Shown one piece after another: positions 23,701 through 34,500 of a DNA stretch of 64,000 bases. Location: assembly GCA_043228905.1 (NCBI GenBank), contig JBHGNT010000112.1, positions 18,118 to 82,117 on the forward strand, in the 5' to 3' direction. The notes below the pieces were generated by a model. The model did not search any database, was not told where the DNA came from, and worked only from the letters and a program-made list of their open reading frames with translations. Origin of the DNA: Azolla caroliniana. Taxonomy: Eukaryota > Plantae > Polypodiophyta. Within the stretch, counting starts at the first letter, position 1; the number at the start of each line of letters is the position of its first letter. A program made the translations under genes and the position numbers.

Positions 23701-24724
23701 GTTTGTGAAGAAGTTCGAAGGAGGAGACTTTCTAATACTCCTCCTGTACGTGGACGACATGTTGATCGTCGGACGGGACCAGGTCAAGATACGGATGCTG
23801 AAGAAGGCTCTTCACCGAACCTTCTCAATGAAGGACTTGGGTCCGGCGAGGCAAATGTTAGGGATGCACATCATCCGGGACCGGAGGAAGAAGCAGTTGT
23901 GGCTGTCACAGGAGAAGTACGTGACAAAGGTGCTTCAACGGTTCAACATGTCGGAAGCAAGACCGGTCGGATCGACCCTCCCGGCAAACTGCAAGTTGTC
24001 CAGCAAGCAAAGCCCCAAGACAAAGGCTGAGAAGGAGGAAATGATGAAAGTACCATATGCCTCTGCCGTCGGAAGCTTGATGTACGCAATGGTGTGTACA
24101 AGACCGGACATAGGATATGCAGTCGGAGTGGTGAGCCGGTACATGAGCAATCCCGGCAAAGAGCACTGGAACGCGGCCAAGTGGATACTCCGATACCTGA
24201 AGGGCACGACAAACGTGTGCCTCCGATTCGGCTCCGGTAAGCCCAAACTCGACGGCTTTACCGATTCGGATATGTCGGCTGATGTAGATACCAACCGGTC
24301 CACATCAGGGTATGTGATGACGTATGCAGGGGGAGCTGTTTCGTGGCAATCGAGGCTGCAGAAGACGGTTGCGTTGTCAACCACGGAGGCGGAGTACATG
24401 GCGGCTGTTGAAGCCGGCAAGGAAATAATATGGATGAAGGACTTCATTAGAGAGCTCGGTATCCGGCAGGAGGAGTACCGACTCTACTGCGACAGTCAGA
24501 GTGCCATCCACCTTGCGAAGAATGCGGCCTATCACTCCCGGACGAAGCACATCCAGCGAAGATATCACTGGATCCGAGAAAGGATAGAAGACCAGGAGTT
24601 CGTGCTGACGAAGATCCACATGGACGAGAACGGGTCGGATATGCTGACCAAGGTACTCACACCCGACAAGCTGGAAGCATGCCGGAAGAGGGTCGGACTG
24701 GAAAGACATCCCATGCCGAAGTGA
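20726..24724 (+). CDS. Copia Gag-Pol polyprotein (Gag, CCHC knuckle, protease, integrase, RT, RNase H); original start probably ATG 20651, now interrupted by TAG 20699-20701
   Basis: 1332-aa ORF containing CFYCGKPGHFQKNC, WVVDSGASFH, HTDVC/FIDD/RADNGGEY/NGLAER, MDVKTAFLHG, YVDDM, FTDSD..STTEAEY..CDSQSAI. Confidence 0.95.
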   Translation: MEDLLIVRDLYEPIDNAEIPKGVIESEWKLLNRKAVATIRQYVDVSVLQHVANDTNAYEMWQKLSGLYERKNALTRTSLMRKIVNLKYRDGESMVEHVSTFMGFVNQLAAIKFPLDDAMQAIMLMCTLPESWENLVVTLSTSCKEENLSLLTVKTSILNEEARRRDKEPASDSKALLTESERGRQRNRSPQRREKSGTRSQSRGRPTCFYCGKPGHFQKNCRHFRKDNGTDGTDSKKSPERNGAYRGTTDRRGPDRRGQDRKGTTALAASEEEIMPITEERELNLAGEEMTWVVDSGASFHLTPEKKYFSSYTAGEHGCVRMGNEGTCRIVGIGDVWLMTSTGCKMLLKDVRHVPEVRLNLIWAGRLDDEGYTGSIRNGVMKFSKGSLIVARARKVNTLYLMNAWLCPEELNVAADTAGELWYKRLCHMSEKGMKRLAEDNLIPVKDVHLEKCTDCLAGKQNRTSFHSRPPTRRSAPLELVHTDVCQVETKSHGGAQYFVTFIDDHSRKLWTAPLKTKDQVLCVFKELHARVERESGKKLKAIRADNGGEYRGQFEEYCRSKGIRLEFTVLKTPELNGLAERMNQTIMERVRSMLAHAKLPKGFWAEAMSTATYVINRSPSVPLDGDTPQRVWTGREVSYRHLKVFGCLAYVHVAKDRRGKLDPKTRPCIFLGYGDDEFGYRVWDPVDKKIFRSRDIIFMEDKTLADWESEKKMKSSKSTGEDQLYEEQSRPARDRLALEDPAEDGEETEPAEEDETDTGTGPDPEMDSDEEETEEPVTEAPERRYTLRERRAPRRFPEPEHVLLTDEGEPESFEEAKLDTHSRRWLSAMQEEMDSLHENHTYELVELPKGKRALRNKWVFKLKPGDAGNPPRYKARIVVKGFQQKKGVDFDEIFAPVVKMTSIRTVLSIAASMDLEVEQMDVKTAFLHGDLEEEIYMQQPEGFEKKGKEHLVCRLKKSLYGLKQAPRQWYRKFDSFMTDEGYHKTQSDHCVFVKKFEGGDFLILLLYVDDMLIVGRDQVKIRMLKKALHRTFSMKDLGPARQMLGMHIIRDRRKKQLWLSQEKYVTKVLQRFNMSEARPVGSTLPANCKLSSKQSPKTKAEKEEMMKVPYASAVGSLMYAMVCTRPDIGYAVGVVSRYMSNPGKEHWNAAKWILRYLKGTTNVCLRFGSGKPKLDGFTDSDMSADVDTNRSTSGYVMTYAGGAVSWQSRLQKTVALSTTEAEYMAAVEAGKEIIWMKDFIRELGIRQEEYRLYCDSQSAIHLAKNAAYHSRTKHIQRRYHWIRERIEDQEFVLTKIHMDENGSDMLTKVLTPDKLEACRKRVGLERHPMPK

Positions 24725-24734
24725 AGGGGGAGTT

Positions 24735-25121
24735 TGTTGGGATTACGGTCCCTCCGGATGGGATGGTCGGATGTCCGGAGCCGGATGATGAAGACCCCGG
24801 CTACGGAGACGGATGATGAAGACCCCGGCTACGGAGCCGGATGATGAAGACCCCGGCTACGGAGCCGGATGATGAAGACCCCGGCTACGGAGCCGGATGA
24901 TGAAGACCCGGCTACGGAGCCGGATGACGAATGTACCCGGAGAGAGATCCGGATGCGGGGACATATTTGTGAATATGTTTGCCAAGGGCCCTTGAGGCTA
25001 TATTTGTAAATAGCCCGAAAGTCATATGTGTATAAATATGACTTAGGGCAAACAGTCCTGTGGTTGTTGTTGTTGTTACTCTTTTTTCTAGTTTTCCACT
25101 CAAGGGGAGCTAAGTGAGCAG

Positions 25122-25172
<51 letters not shown>

Positions 25173-25438
25173 GAAGAGGTCGTTGCCTATGTGTATTACC
25201 GCCGCCTGTGGCGAAGACAGTGAGCTCAAGGTTCTTGCCTTGTAGCTTCACCATTGTACATCTCTGTTTATAGTGATAGTTGGAGTTTGAGGACTCCCGT
25301 GGTTTTTTCCCATTTAGGGTTTTCCACGTAAAACATCCTGTGTACTCTTCTCTCTATTGTCTTCTTCCATTTTTTGTATTTCCTGTTTTCTGTGAGTTGA
25401 TCCTATTCCTCGGTGGTGGCCGAGCACTGTGTTCAACA
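24735..25438 (+). repeat. 3' LTR (704 bp, 5 copies of the 28-bp unit)
   Basis: Follows PPT GTGAAGGGGGAG and is followed by the TSD. Confidence 0.98.
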
Positions 25439-26760
25439 GTATCATGAGTCTTGTAGAGAGAGAGTTACAGAGAAATAAAGAAGTTCCATTGAAGCTCGAG
25501 TATGAGTTGATCTAGTGTTTTCTTCCTTGTTGCATATATGTGTTGTTTGATGTACATATCTACTGACAGGTCCTCATATTTACGCACATCTATCCGAACA
25601 TCTTTCCATCAAGTGGTATCAAAGCGACTTGCGGTTCAAGGGCAACAAAACAATAGAAATAGCTAAAAGAAAAGACCATATCATTAAAATCTCACTTTCA
25701 AAAGAGAACATCATGGTTTCAACATCCGGTACAAGGGTTGAAATCAGAAAGTTCGACAACAAAAAAAATTCCCTATGGAAGGAGAGATGCAGGATATACT
25801 TATCATCCGGCATCAAATCGAGGCAATACGGCACACCAACAAGCCAACCTCGATGACAACAGAAGAATGGTACTCACTGGATGAAATAGCCAGATCGACC
25901 ATTCGTATGCATCTAACCGAAAACGTCTATTTCAGAATGGCAAAAGAGACGACAATGTTTTCACTGTTGGAAAAGTAACATGTGTATACGAGAAAAAATC
26001 CTCCTCACCAAAACTCATATTCATTCAACAACTGTTCAATATGACGATGACAGAGTCGGACCCATCGACCTCCCACATCAACACATTCAATCTGGTGTTT
26101 TCTGAACTCTCCTCCCAAGGGATCAACATTGAAGAAGAAGTTAAGGCCCTTGCCCTCCTTTCGAGCTTGCCGGCGAGTTGGAAGGTATTCTTCATGACAT
26201 TTTCCAATAGTTGTCCAAATCTAAACTTAGATGAGACAATAGGAAAGTCCTCACCGAGGAAATTTCGCGAAAAATAGATGGGACTCGCCATCGATGAGTC
26301 AGTAGAAGCCCAATCAATAGAGAGAAAGAGCCAATAGAACTGGTTGGAACACCAATTGACGAGGTAAGAGGGGCGACCGAGATCAGTCCAAGTCAAGAAA
26401 TAGCCAATCAGGTGATTTCTACACTCACTATAGAAAAGCCGACCACAATGTTTCTGACTGCTGGTCAATCAAGAGGAAGGAAACCAGTCGACCATTCAAG
26501 TGGAACTCCAGATGATCTGATTTGAACTGGTCTCCAATCGGCAACTGGTCAAGAGAAATTCTCTCTATAGAAAACTCATTGATCGGAGAAGTCCTATACA
26601 GTGCACAAACGTGGTTACTGCTGGACTTCGATGCCACATTCCACGCGACCCCAAACATCGAATGGTTTTCGAACTATTCGGTCGATGCGTCAAATCCCAG
26701 GGCTCAACCCTGGACAAGCGGTGGAAACTACTAGGCTAGAGTACGGTAGGGACAGGCCTA

Positions 26761-27230
26761 GTCCGACTAGGCAATGGTCAAGAGTGCAGAATTGCAAGAA
26801 TCGGTGAAGTACCAATCTGATTGTCAAATGGCAATATGATCACCCTACACCAAGTTTGGTATGTACCCGTACTAAAAAGGAGTTTGAACTCCATCGGCAT
26901 GTTACCTGAAGATGGGTACAGAATGACTCTGAGTGAGTCGACATGGATGATTAGCCGAGAAAATCTAAAGATCGGAAACAAACACAAGTACAGTCAAACT
27001 ATTCGGTCAACGCCAGCGGCACAGTCCGACTAGGCAATGGGAAAGAGTGTAGAATTGTAGGAATTGGCAAAGTACCAATCCGATTGTCAAATGCCAATAT
27101 GATCACCTTGCACCAAGTTCAAGATGTACCCGCACTAAAAAGAAGTATGGTCTCCATCGGCGACTCTGAGTGAGTCAACATGGATTATTAGCCAAGGAAA
27201 TCTAAAGATTGGAAACAGACACACATACAA
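26761..27230 (+). repeat. Diverged tandem duplication (~263-bp period) in the protease region of the old copia
   Basis: GTCCGACTAGGCAATGG at 26761 and 27024, each followed by similar sequence. Confidence 0.8.
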
Positions 27231-28179
27231 TAACTTGTATCCAAAAATGGCAATCTGTGAACATAGCCGAATCGACCGACCCAAACCTATAGCATGGTTG
27301 ACTCGACCATCTGTCACAAGCCGAACTTGACCAACTAATGGCGGTCGGCTACATTCCTAAACTCCTGGTGAAGACGGACTTCTGCGAGCATTGTCGCTAT
27401 GGGAAATTGACCCGACGTCTGCATTCTTTCCATTATCAGACGGTATGATAGCTCCTAAAGCTCGTGCACAAAAATATATGTGGGCCTATGCCCAAGCGAT
27501 CACTAGGCATCTCCCAATACTTCATCACATTTGTAGATGATTGTACAGGGAAGGTCTCGACCTGCTCAATTAAGTCAAAAGAAGAAGTACTTGAGATCTT
27601 CACCCAGTGGACAGCTGAAGGTGAGAACTGATCAGGATACAGAGTGAAGACGCTCCAGTCCGACAATGGAGGTGAGTACACTTCCCGAGCCTTCAAACAA
27701 TACATGTCCAACAAAGGGATCTTGCATCAAAAGACCATTCCATACAAACCCATGCAGAATGGAGTGGCAAAACGGATCAACCAAACGATCCAAGAAAGGG
27801 TGACGACAATGCTCCAGCAAGCTAAAATAAAGCTGGAGTTCTGGGACGAAGCATTGGAGATGACCGTTTACTTGATAAATCTATCACCATCCAAAGCAAT
27901 CAGGCTCGAAGTGACACAGACACTATGGTCAGGCAAACAATCGTCCTATGATAGGTTCACATATTCGGATGCAAAGCCTACACATTCATCCCCAGGGAGA
28001 AAATGTCGATCGGCCGGCAGAGCCGATCGAAGTATCCGAACTGATCAATTCGGCACCTAGAATGTCTGGACGAGTTTGAAGGCTAACAAAGTTCTACCAA
28101 CTGGGCCTCGACTACGTCAACTACACCGATGCAGGTGAACTAGAACATCATCTCCTTGCAATGATTTATCGAAGACTAT

Positions 28180-29783
28180 GTTCGGACATGTGATACATGT
28201 TATAGAGCAAAGATGCCAAGACGTCGTCCATATGGTTTATTGGAACCATTACCAATTCCAAGCAAGCCGTGGCAGCCCATTTCTCTAGATTTTATCACAA
28301 ATCTTCGAGTTTCAAAGGGATTCGATACCATCTTAACAGTAGTAGATCGATATACTAAGATGGCACATTTCTTGCCTCTTACTAAGGAAATCACTAGTGA
28401 AGAAAACACCAAATTTGTCATGTGTGAGGTATTTCGGCATCATGGCCTCCCAGATATTATCATCAGCGACTGTGGACCTGAATTTCGTCTCGAAATTTTG
28501 GAAGCATCTCTTCAAAATGCTCAAAGTCACTTGTAACCTCTCCTTCGGCTATCACCCTCAAACAAACAGACAAGCAGAATGAACAAATCAAACGTTGGAA
28601 TAGTATCTTTGGTGTTTTCTAAGCTATCAACAATATGATTGGGCGGATATTCTCCACTTTGCCGAATTTGCTTATAATAACTCTATCCACTCATCGTATA
28701 GGGTTACACCATTTTATGCTTATACAAGCTATCATCCTCGGTGATGTGTATTTAAAACTCCAGAGTTACCCACAAATCCTCGTGTAGATGATCATTTGCA
28801 GCAGCTACACAAGATATAGGCAGACCTATCTACCCATTTACATCAATCTCAACAAACACAGAAGGATTATGTGGATTGTCATCGACTTCCATCCTGTTTA
28901 AACATTGAAAATCGGGTATGGCTATTACGACAACACATCAAGACTACTCGACCATGCGATAAATTAGATTATCGTCGATTAGGTCCTTTATTATCGGAAA
29001 AATTAATGATGTCACTTTTCATCTTGATCTACCTCCGCAACTATGGTTACATCCGGTTTTTCATAGTTGTCTTCTCGAACCATATCAAGACAACACTATT
29101 CTGAATCGTATTACACCACCTCCACCCCCAATCGAGCTTGAAGGAGAACTGGAGTATGAAGTTGCTTCCATCCTCGATTCCAAGATTGTTCGCAACAAGC
29201 TCTATTATATGATCGATTGGGTAGGCTATAGTCTAAGAGAGCATACTTGGGAACCAGTCGAGAATGTAGCAAATGTTCAAGCTCTTATAGAGGACTTCCA
29301 TTGACAATATCCCGACAAACCAGGTTCTCAATCTAAGACGACTCATAACACTCGTTAGTGTCATGATATAGTATGGTGTGACTTCAAATTGATTTGAACC
29401 CATGACCTTGTGTCATATTGGTTGAAACCCTACCATTAAGCTATACATTGTAATATGAAGAATATTGTTTTCATTTATTATTTCACTTAGGAAATCCGTG
29501 TATATTCTAGATTTCTCTTGAACATTCTAGAAATATCAAGAGTACTCCTAAACAAACTATAAAAAGAGGCACATGACATTATTGAGAACGCCAGTCCTAA
29601 GCCTCCTAATTGTTCTTGTATCTTTCTTCATATAATATAATATACTTCTTGTTGTCATCATTATCTCTCTCTCTCTCTCTCTGACGTGATTCTCACACAC
29701 TCTTTCCCTTCTTAGTACTAATCCTAATTCTTCACCTCTATCTTTAGTACCAATTCTCCTTGCCTCTAGTACTATCCCTGAAA
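28180..29783 (+). mobile_element. Tcn1/sushi-like chromoviral gypsy 3' fragment (integrase, chromodomain, 3' LTR 29359-~29783)
   Basis: PYGLLEPLPIPSKPWQPISLDFIT..VVDRYTKMAHF. Chromodomain EYEVASILDSK..YYMIDWVGY..TWEP at ~29152-29310. LTR is homologous to 58416-58820. Confidence 0.9.
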
Positions 29784-30136
29784 ATTTTGGCACCATACAC
29801 TTGTCTTTGGATAATGGTCAAGAGCTCGTGCTCCAAGATGTCAGGTATGTACTTGGCATTAAGAAAAGTTTGCTACTTGTAGGACAGATGGGTTTGCATG
29901 GTTACACCACATTACTCCGTGGTGGATTGTGGAATCTTAAGAAAGGATCTATGGCTATTGTGACAGGTTGCCAAAAGGGCACTCTCTACTGTTTGCAATG
30001 TAAAGCTTTACATGGAAGGTTTCTTGCTATTGCTGAATTTGATTCTCGTTTAGAGCTTTGGCATAAGAGATTAGGACATATGAGTCAAAAAGGACTTGAA
30101 GTCCTTTTTGCTCTAAAAAGACTTGACGTTAAAGGA

Positions 30137-30672
30137 GGAAAGTTAGTTTTTTTGTAATGATCGTCTATTTGGCAAACAAGTGCGAAATTCTTATTATTCA
30201 GGTGTCCCTCATAAACCAAATGTGCAAGATTTGGTGCATTCTGATGATGTATGCAGCATGCCTGTAGTTGGGCGGTGCTGCATATTTTATTTCCTTTATC
30301 AATGATTATTCTAGGAAGTTGGTTTTTTTTGTAATGATCATCTATTTGGCAAACAAGTGCGAAATTCTTATTATTCAGGTGTCCCTCGTAAACCAAATGT
30401 GCAAGATTTGGTGCATTCTGATGATGTATGTAGCATGCCTGTAGTTGGGCGGTGCTGCATATTTTATTTCCTTTATCAATGATTATTCTAGGAAGTTGGT
30501 TTTTTTTGTAATGATCGTCTATTTGGCAAACAAGTGCGAAATTCTTATTATTCAGGTGTCCCTCGTAAACCAAATGTGCAAGATTTGGTGCATTCTGATG
30601 ATGTATGTAGCATGCCTGTAGTTGGGCGGTGCTGCATATTTTATTTCCTTTATCAATGATTATTCTAGGAAG
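30137..30672 (+). repeat. Near-perfect tandem triplication, 177-bp period, inside the integrase of copia C
   Basis: Junction GGAAG at 30314, 30491 and 30668; ORF 30085..30750 repeats the same peptide three times. Confidence 0.95.
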
Positions 30673-31579
30673 ATTTGGGTGTACTTCATGAAAAAAAAAC
30701 GTGATGCATTTGATGCATTTAAATCTTTTCATGCATTTGTGACCACCCAAAAAGGGACAAAACTGAAATGTCTTTGAACAGATAATGGGGGTGAGTTTAC
30801 ATCTGCAGAATTTAAGTCCTTTTGTGACTTACATGGTATTAAAAGAGAGCTTACAACTGCATATAACCCTTCATCAAATGGGGTGGCAGAAAGGTATAAT
30901 AGGACATTGTGTGAGCGAGTATGGTGCATGTTGTCCACAACTAATCTTTCTCATGAATTTTGGGGAGAAGCATTAAAATCAACGATTCATATATGTAATC
31001 ATTCTCCCAACACCTTAAAGAATGTAATCCCTGAGGAGGTTTGGTCTGGGAAACCAGCCTCATATGACCATTTACGATTTTTCGGTTGTGATGCATTTGT
31101 ACACATTAGAAGTTAGATGAGAAACAAGCTCGATGCTAAGTCCACCATGGGTATTTTTATGGGCTATAGGATTTGGTTACCTCAGTCTAGAAAAATTGTA
31201 AACAGCTGGGATGTTGTTTTTAATGAAGAAAAATTGCTGAAAAATACTTATTCCTCTGTTGGGACCTCTAAGAGCATTACGTTTCAGCAATTACAGGCAT
31301 CCAAAAAATCTAAAAATAAACCTCATGATGCTATACCAAAGGTTGAATATGAAGATGATCAACCAGTTATCCTTGAGCTAGAAGAAGTTGGACAACAAAG
31401 AGATGCTCATGAAGGTGTTGGACAACGATATGAAGATACTGAACAACAAAATATAGATGTTGAACATCATGGCAGATAGAACGTGCTAAAACTGATTTTC
31501 CTCCAGATTTAGAACAAATCCCAGAAAATACTGATCATTGGGTACGTAGGTCTAATCATTTAAGGAGGCAGGTATATAG

Positions 31580-34500
31580 TGTTGGGAAGTCGGTCCCTCC
31601 GGATGGGATCCGGTTATGAGCAAAGAGGACCCAGTGAGAATCAAAAGAGATTCGGAAACCGGATCGGATGGACCTGGTGAGGACCGGAAGAGATACGGAA
31701 ACCGGATCGGATGGACCCGATGAGAACCAGAAGAGAAGACATATTTGTAAATATGTTTTGAGTAAGCCTATTGAGGCTATATTTGTAAATATCCCTAAGT
31801 TCTTATGAGTATAAATATGACCTAGGGCAATCACAGAAGTATAGAGAGTTGTCATATTGTTGTATGTGCATAATTGTTGGATAGAGAGAGAGAGAGAGAG
31901 AGAGAGATACAGACCGATGCTCTGTTGTAATCGCCGCTTGGCGAAGATACAAAGCTCGAGGTCGTTGCCTCCGAGTCTCTGATTGTACCTTTCCTATATA
32001 GTGATAGTTTGGAGTCTGTGGGCTCCTATGGTTTTTCCCTATTAGGGTTTTCCACGTAAACATCTTGTGTACCCTCTATTGTTCATGCGTGTACATGTAC
32101 TAATCTCCAACCCAATTACTATGTTTGATTCTTATCGAAGTGATTTAAGACTCAGTTGTGGCCGAGCAATATTCCGTGTTATTTCCTACAAAGTGGTATT
32201 AGAGCGAACAACATAGGAACTGGAAGAATCGTTCGGCGGCATGTTCAAGCTCACCGGCTCCAACTACATAGTGTGGAAGTTGAAGATGAGGGATATTCTT
32301 GTGGTTAAAGATCTTTGGTTGCCAGTTCAATTCGGGGACAAGAGGCCGGATAAGATCGACGCCACAGTGTGGGAGGTGATGCACATGAGGACGACGACAT
32401 ACATCCGGTGCTTCATCGACATGAGCCTGTACAACAATTTCAATGAAGAAAGTAAGGCTCATGAACTCTGGGAGAAGATCGGCATCATGTTCCAGAACAA
32501 GAATGTTGTTAATCGGGTTTCGGTATTCCAGAAGCTAGTGAGGCTCCAACACCAAGACGGCTCCAGTGTGGCAAAGCACATGAATGTCTTCCAGCGATTG
32601 ATAAACCAAGCAACCTCGTTGGAAGTACCTCTCGTCGATGAGGTACTTGCATTACTCCTGCTCGGTTCCCTCCCGGATAGTTGGGAGACACTAGTTGTCA
32701 CGCTGGGCAACGTCGGGCCGGAAGGAAAATAGTTTTCCCTAGCAAGGGTAAAATCAAGCTTGCTAGATGAAGAAGCTCACTGAAAGGACCGGGAGTCCGG
32801 AACCAATCCAAAGGTCTTGGTTACAGAAGATGACCACAACCAGGGAAGAAGCCAATATCGGAGTCCCCAAAACTAGGACAAATCGGGGATGAGGTTGAAG
32901 TAAAGGGGAAGGCCTACTTGCTTCTACTGTGGGAAATCGGGGAACTTCCAGAAGAACTGTCGACATTTCTGGAAAGAGAAAGGAATCAACAATGCCGATT
33001 CGAAGAACAGTTCGGACCGGAAAGGGTCGGATCAGAAGGAAATGTCGGCAATCACGACAAGTGAAGAAGAACTGATGCTCATTACCAAGGAGAATGAGTT
33101 AAACCTTATCGGCAACGAGACAACGTGGGTTGTCAATTCCGGAGCATCGTTCCCTCTTACACCGGAATGGAGATGCTTCTCATCCTACATAGCTAGAGAT
33201 CATGGTTGTGTCCGGATGGGGAATAAAGGTACATGCTGAATTGTCGGCATAAGAGATGTGTTGTTGAAGACATAAACCGGATGCAAGTTGTTGTTAAAGG
33301 ATGTCCGACACGTTCCGGAGGTTCAACTGAACCTGATATCAGCCGGTCGGCTAGATGATGAAGGCTACACGAGTAGCATCCAGCAAAGGAAGCCTAATTG
33401 TGGCTCGAGCCCGGAAGATCAACATGCTATATGTGATGCATGGCCGGATATGCCGGGAAGAAGTGAACGTAGCATCCGACATTGTCGATGAGTTGTGGCA
33501 CAAGAGATTGTGTCATATGAGCCAGAAGGGGATGAGAAGACTTGCCGAAGACAACCTCATTTTGGAGGTGAAAGACGTGCATCTTGAGAAGTGCACTGAT
33601 TGCTTGGCCGGCAAGCAAAACCGAACCTCCTTCCGGTCAAGATCACCGATAGACGAAATGCACCACTGGAGCTGGTGCATACTGATGTGTGTCAAGTGGA
33701 CACGAAGTCACATGTCAGATCACAGTACATCATGACGTTCATAGATGACCACAGCCAAAATTTGTGCGTCTCACCACTGAAGACGAAGGTTCAAGTGCTA
33801 TCCGTCTTCAAGGAGCTCCACACGAGAGTGGAAAGAGAAATCGGCTGGAAGCTGAAGGCGGTTCGAGCAGATAACGGAGGAGAATATCGGGGGCAGTTTG
33901 AGGAGTAATGTTAGTCGAAGGGAATCCGGCTCGAATTCAATGTGTCGAAGACACTGGAATTGAACGGGCTAGCCGAACAAATGAACCAGACCGTGATGGA
34001 GAGAGTCCGGAGCATGTTGGCACATGCAAAGTTACCCAAGCTGTTTTGGGTTGAGGCGCTGATGACGGCAACTTACGTGATAAATAGATCACCCTCAGTA
34101 CCCTTGGATGTAGATACACCATAGAGAGTATGGACCGATATGGACGTGTCTTACCGGCATTTGAAGGTGTTCGGGTGTCTCCCATATGTGCATGTTGCAA
34201 AGGACAAGAGAGCAAAGATGGATCTGAAGTCTAGACCATGCATATTCCTTGGATGTGGTGATGATGAGTTCGGTTAGCAGGTGTGGGATCTGGTCGACAA
34301 GAAGGTGTTTCAGAGTCGGGACATAGTCTTCATGGAATACAGGACCATTGCCAATTGGGAGTCGGAAGAAGAAGAAGACACCGGAACCGGACAAGATCCC
34401 AAATCGGATTCGGATTCGAAGCAAACAAAGGAACCAGTAATCAGAAACCAAGGCCGGAGATATCCTCTCTGAGAGAGAAGAGCCCCCTGGATATTTCCGA

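Larger units (their letters stand above)
19971..25438 (+). mobile_element. Near-intact young Ty1/copia element, family A
   Basis: LTRs 19971-20619 and 24735-25438 (TGTTG..CAACA). Perfect TSD GTATC (19966-70, 25439-43). PBS tRNA-iMet 20623-34, PPT ~24719-24732, one long ORF. Confidence 0.99.
19854..28000 (+). mobile_element. Old decayed copia whose 5' LTR (19854-19970 + 25444-25611) is split by the near-intact family A element
   Basis: TGTTGG...CCATCA LTR ends and PBS TGGTATCAAAGC 25614-25625. Gag MVSTSGTRVEIRKFD.., protease WLLLDFDATFH, integrase LQSDNGGEY..QNGVAKR. No RT seen. Confidence 0.8.

Noticed and set aside
20696-24709. Many overlapping and antisense ORFs across family A elements and their LTRs
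   Set aside because: Expected shadows of a GC-rich long ORF and (GA)n tracts; no recognisable domain.
30085-30750. 221-aa minus-strand repeat protein
   Set aside because: Antisense by-product of the 177-bp (59-codon) triplication.
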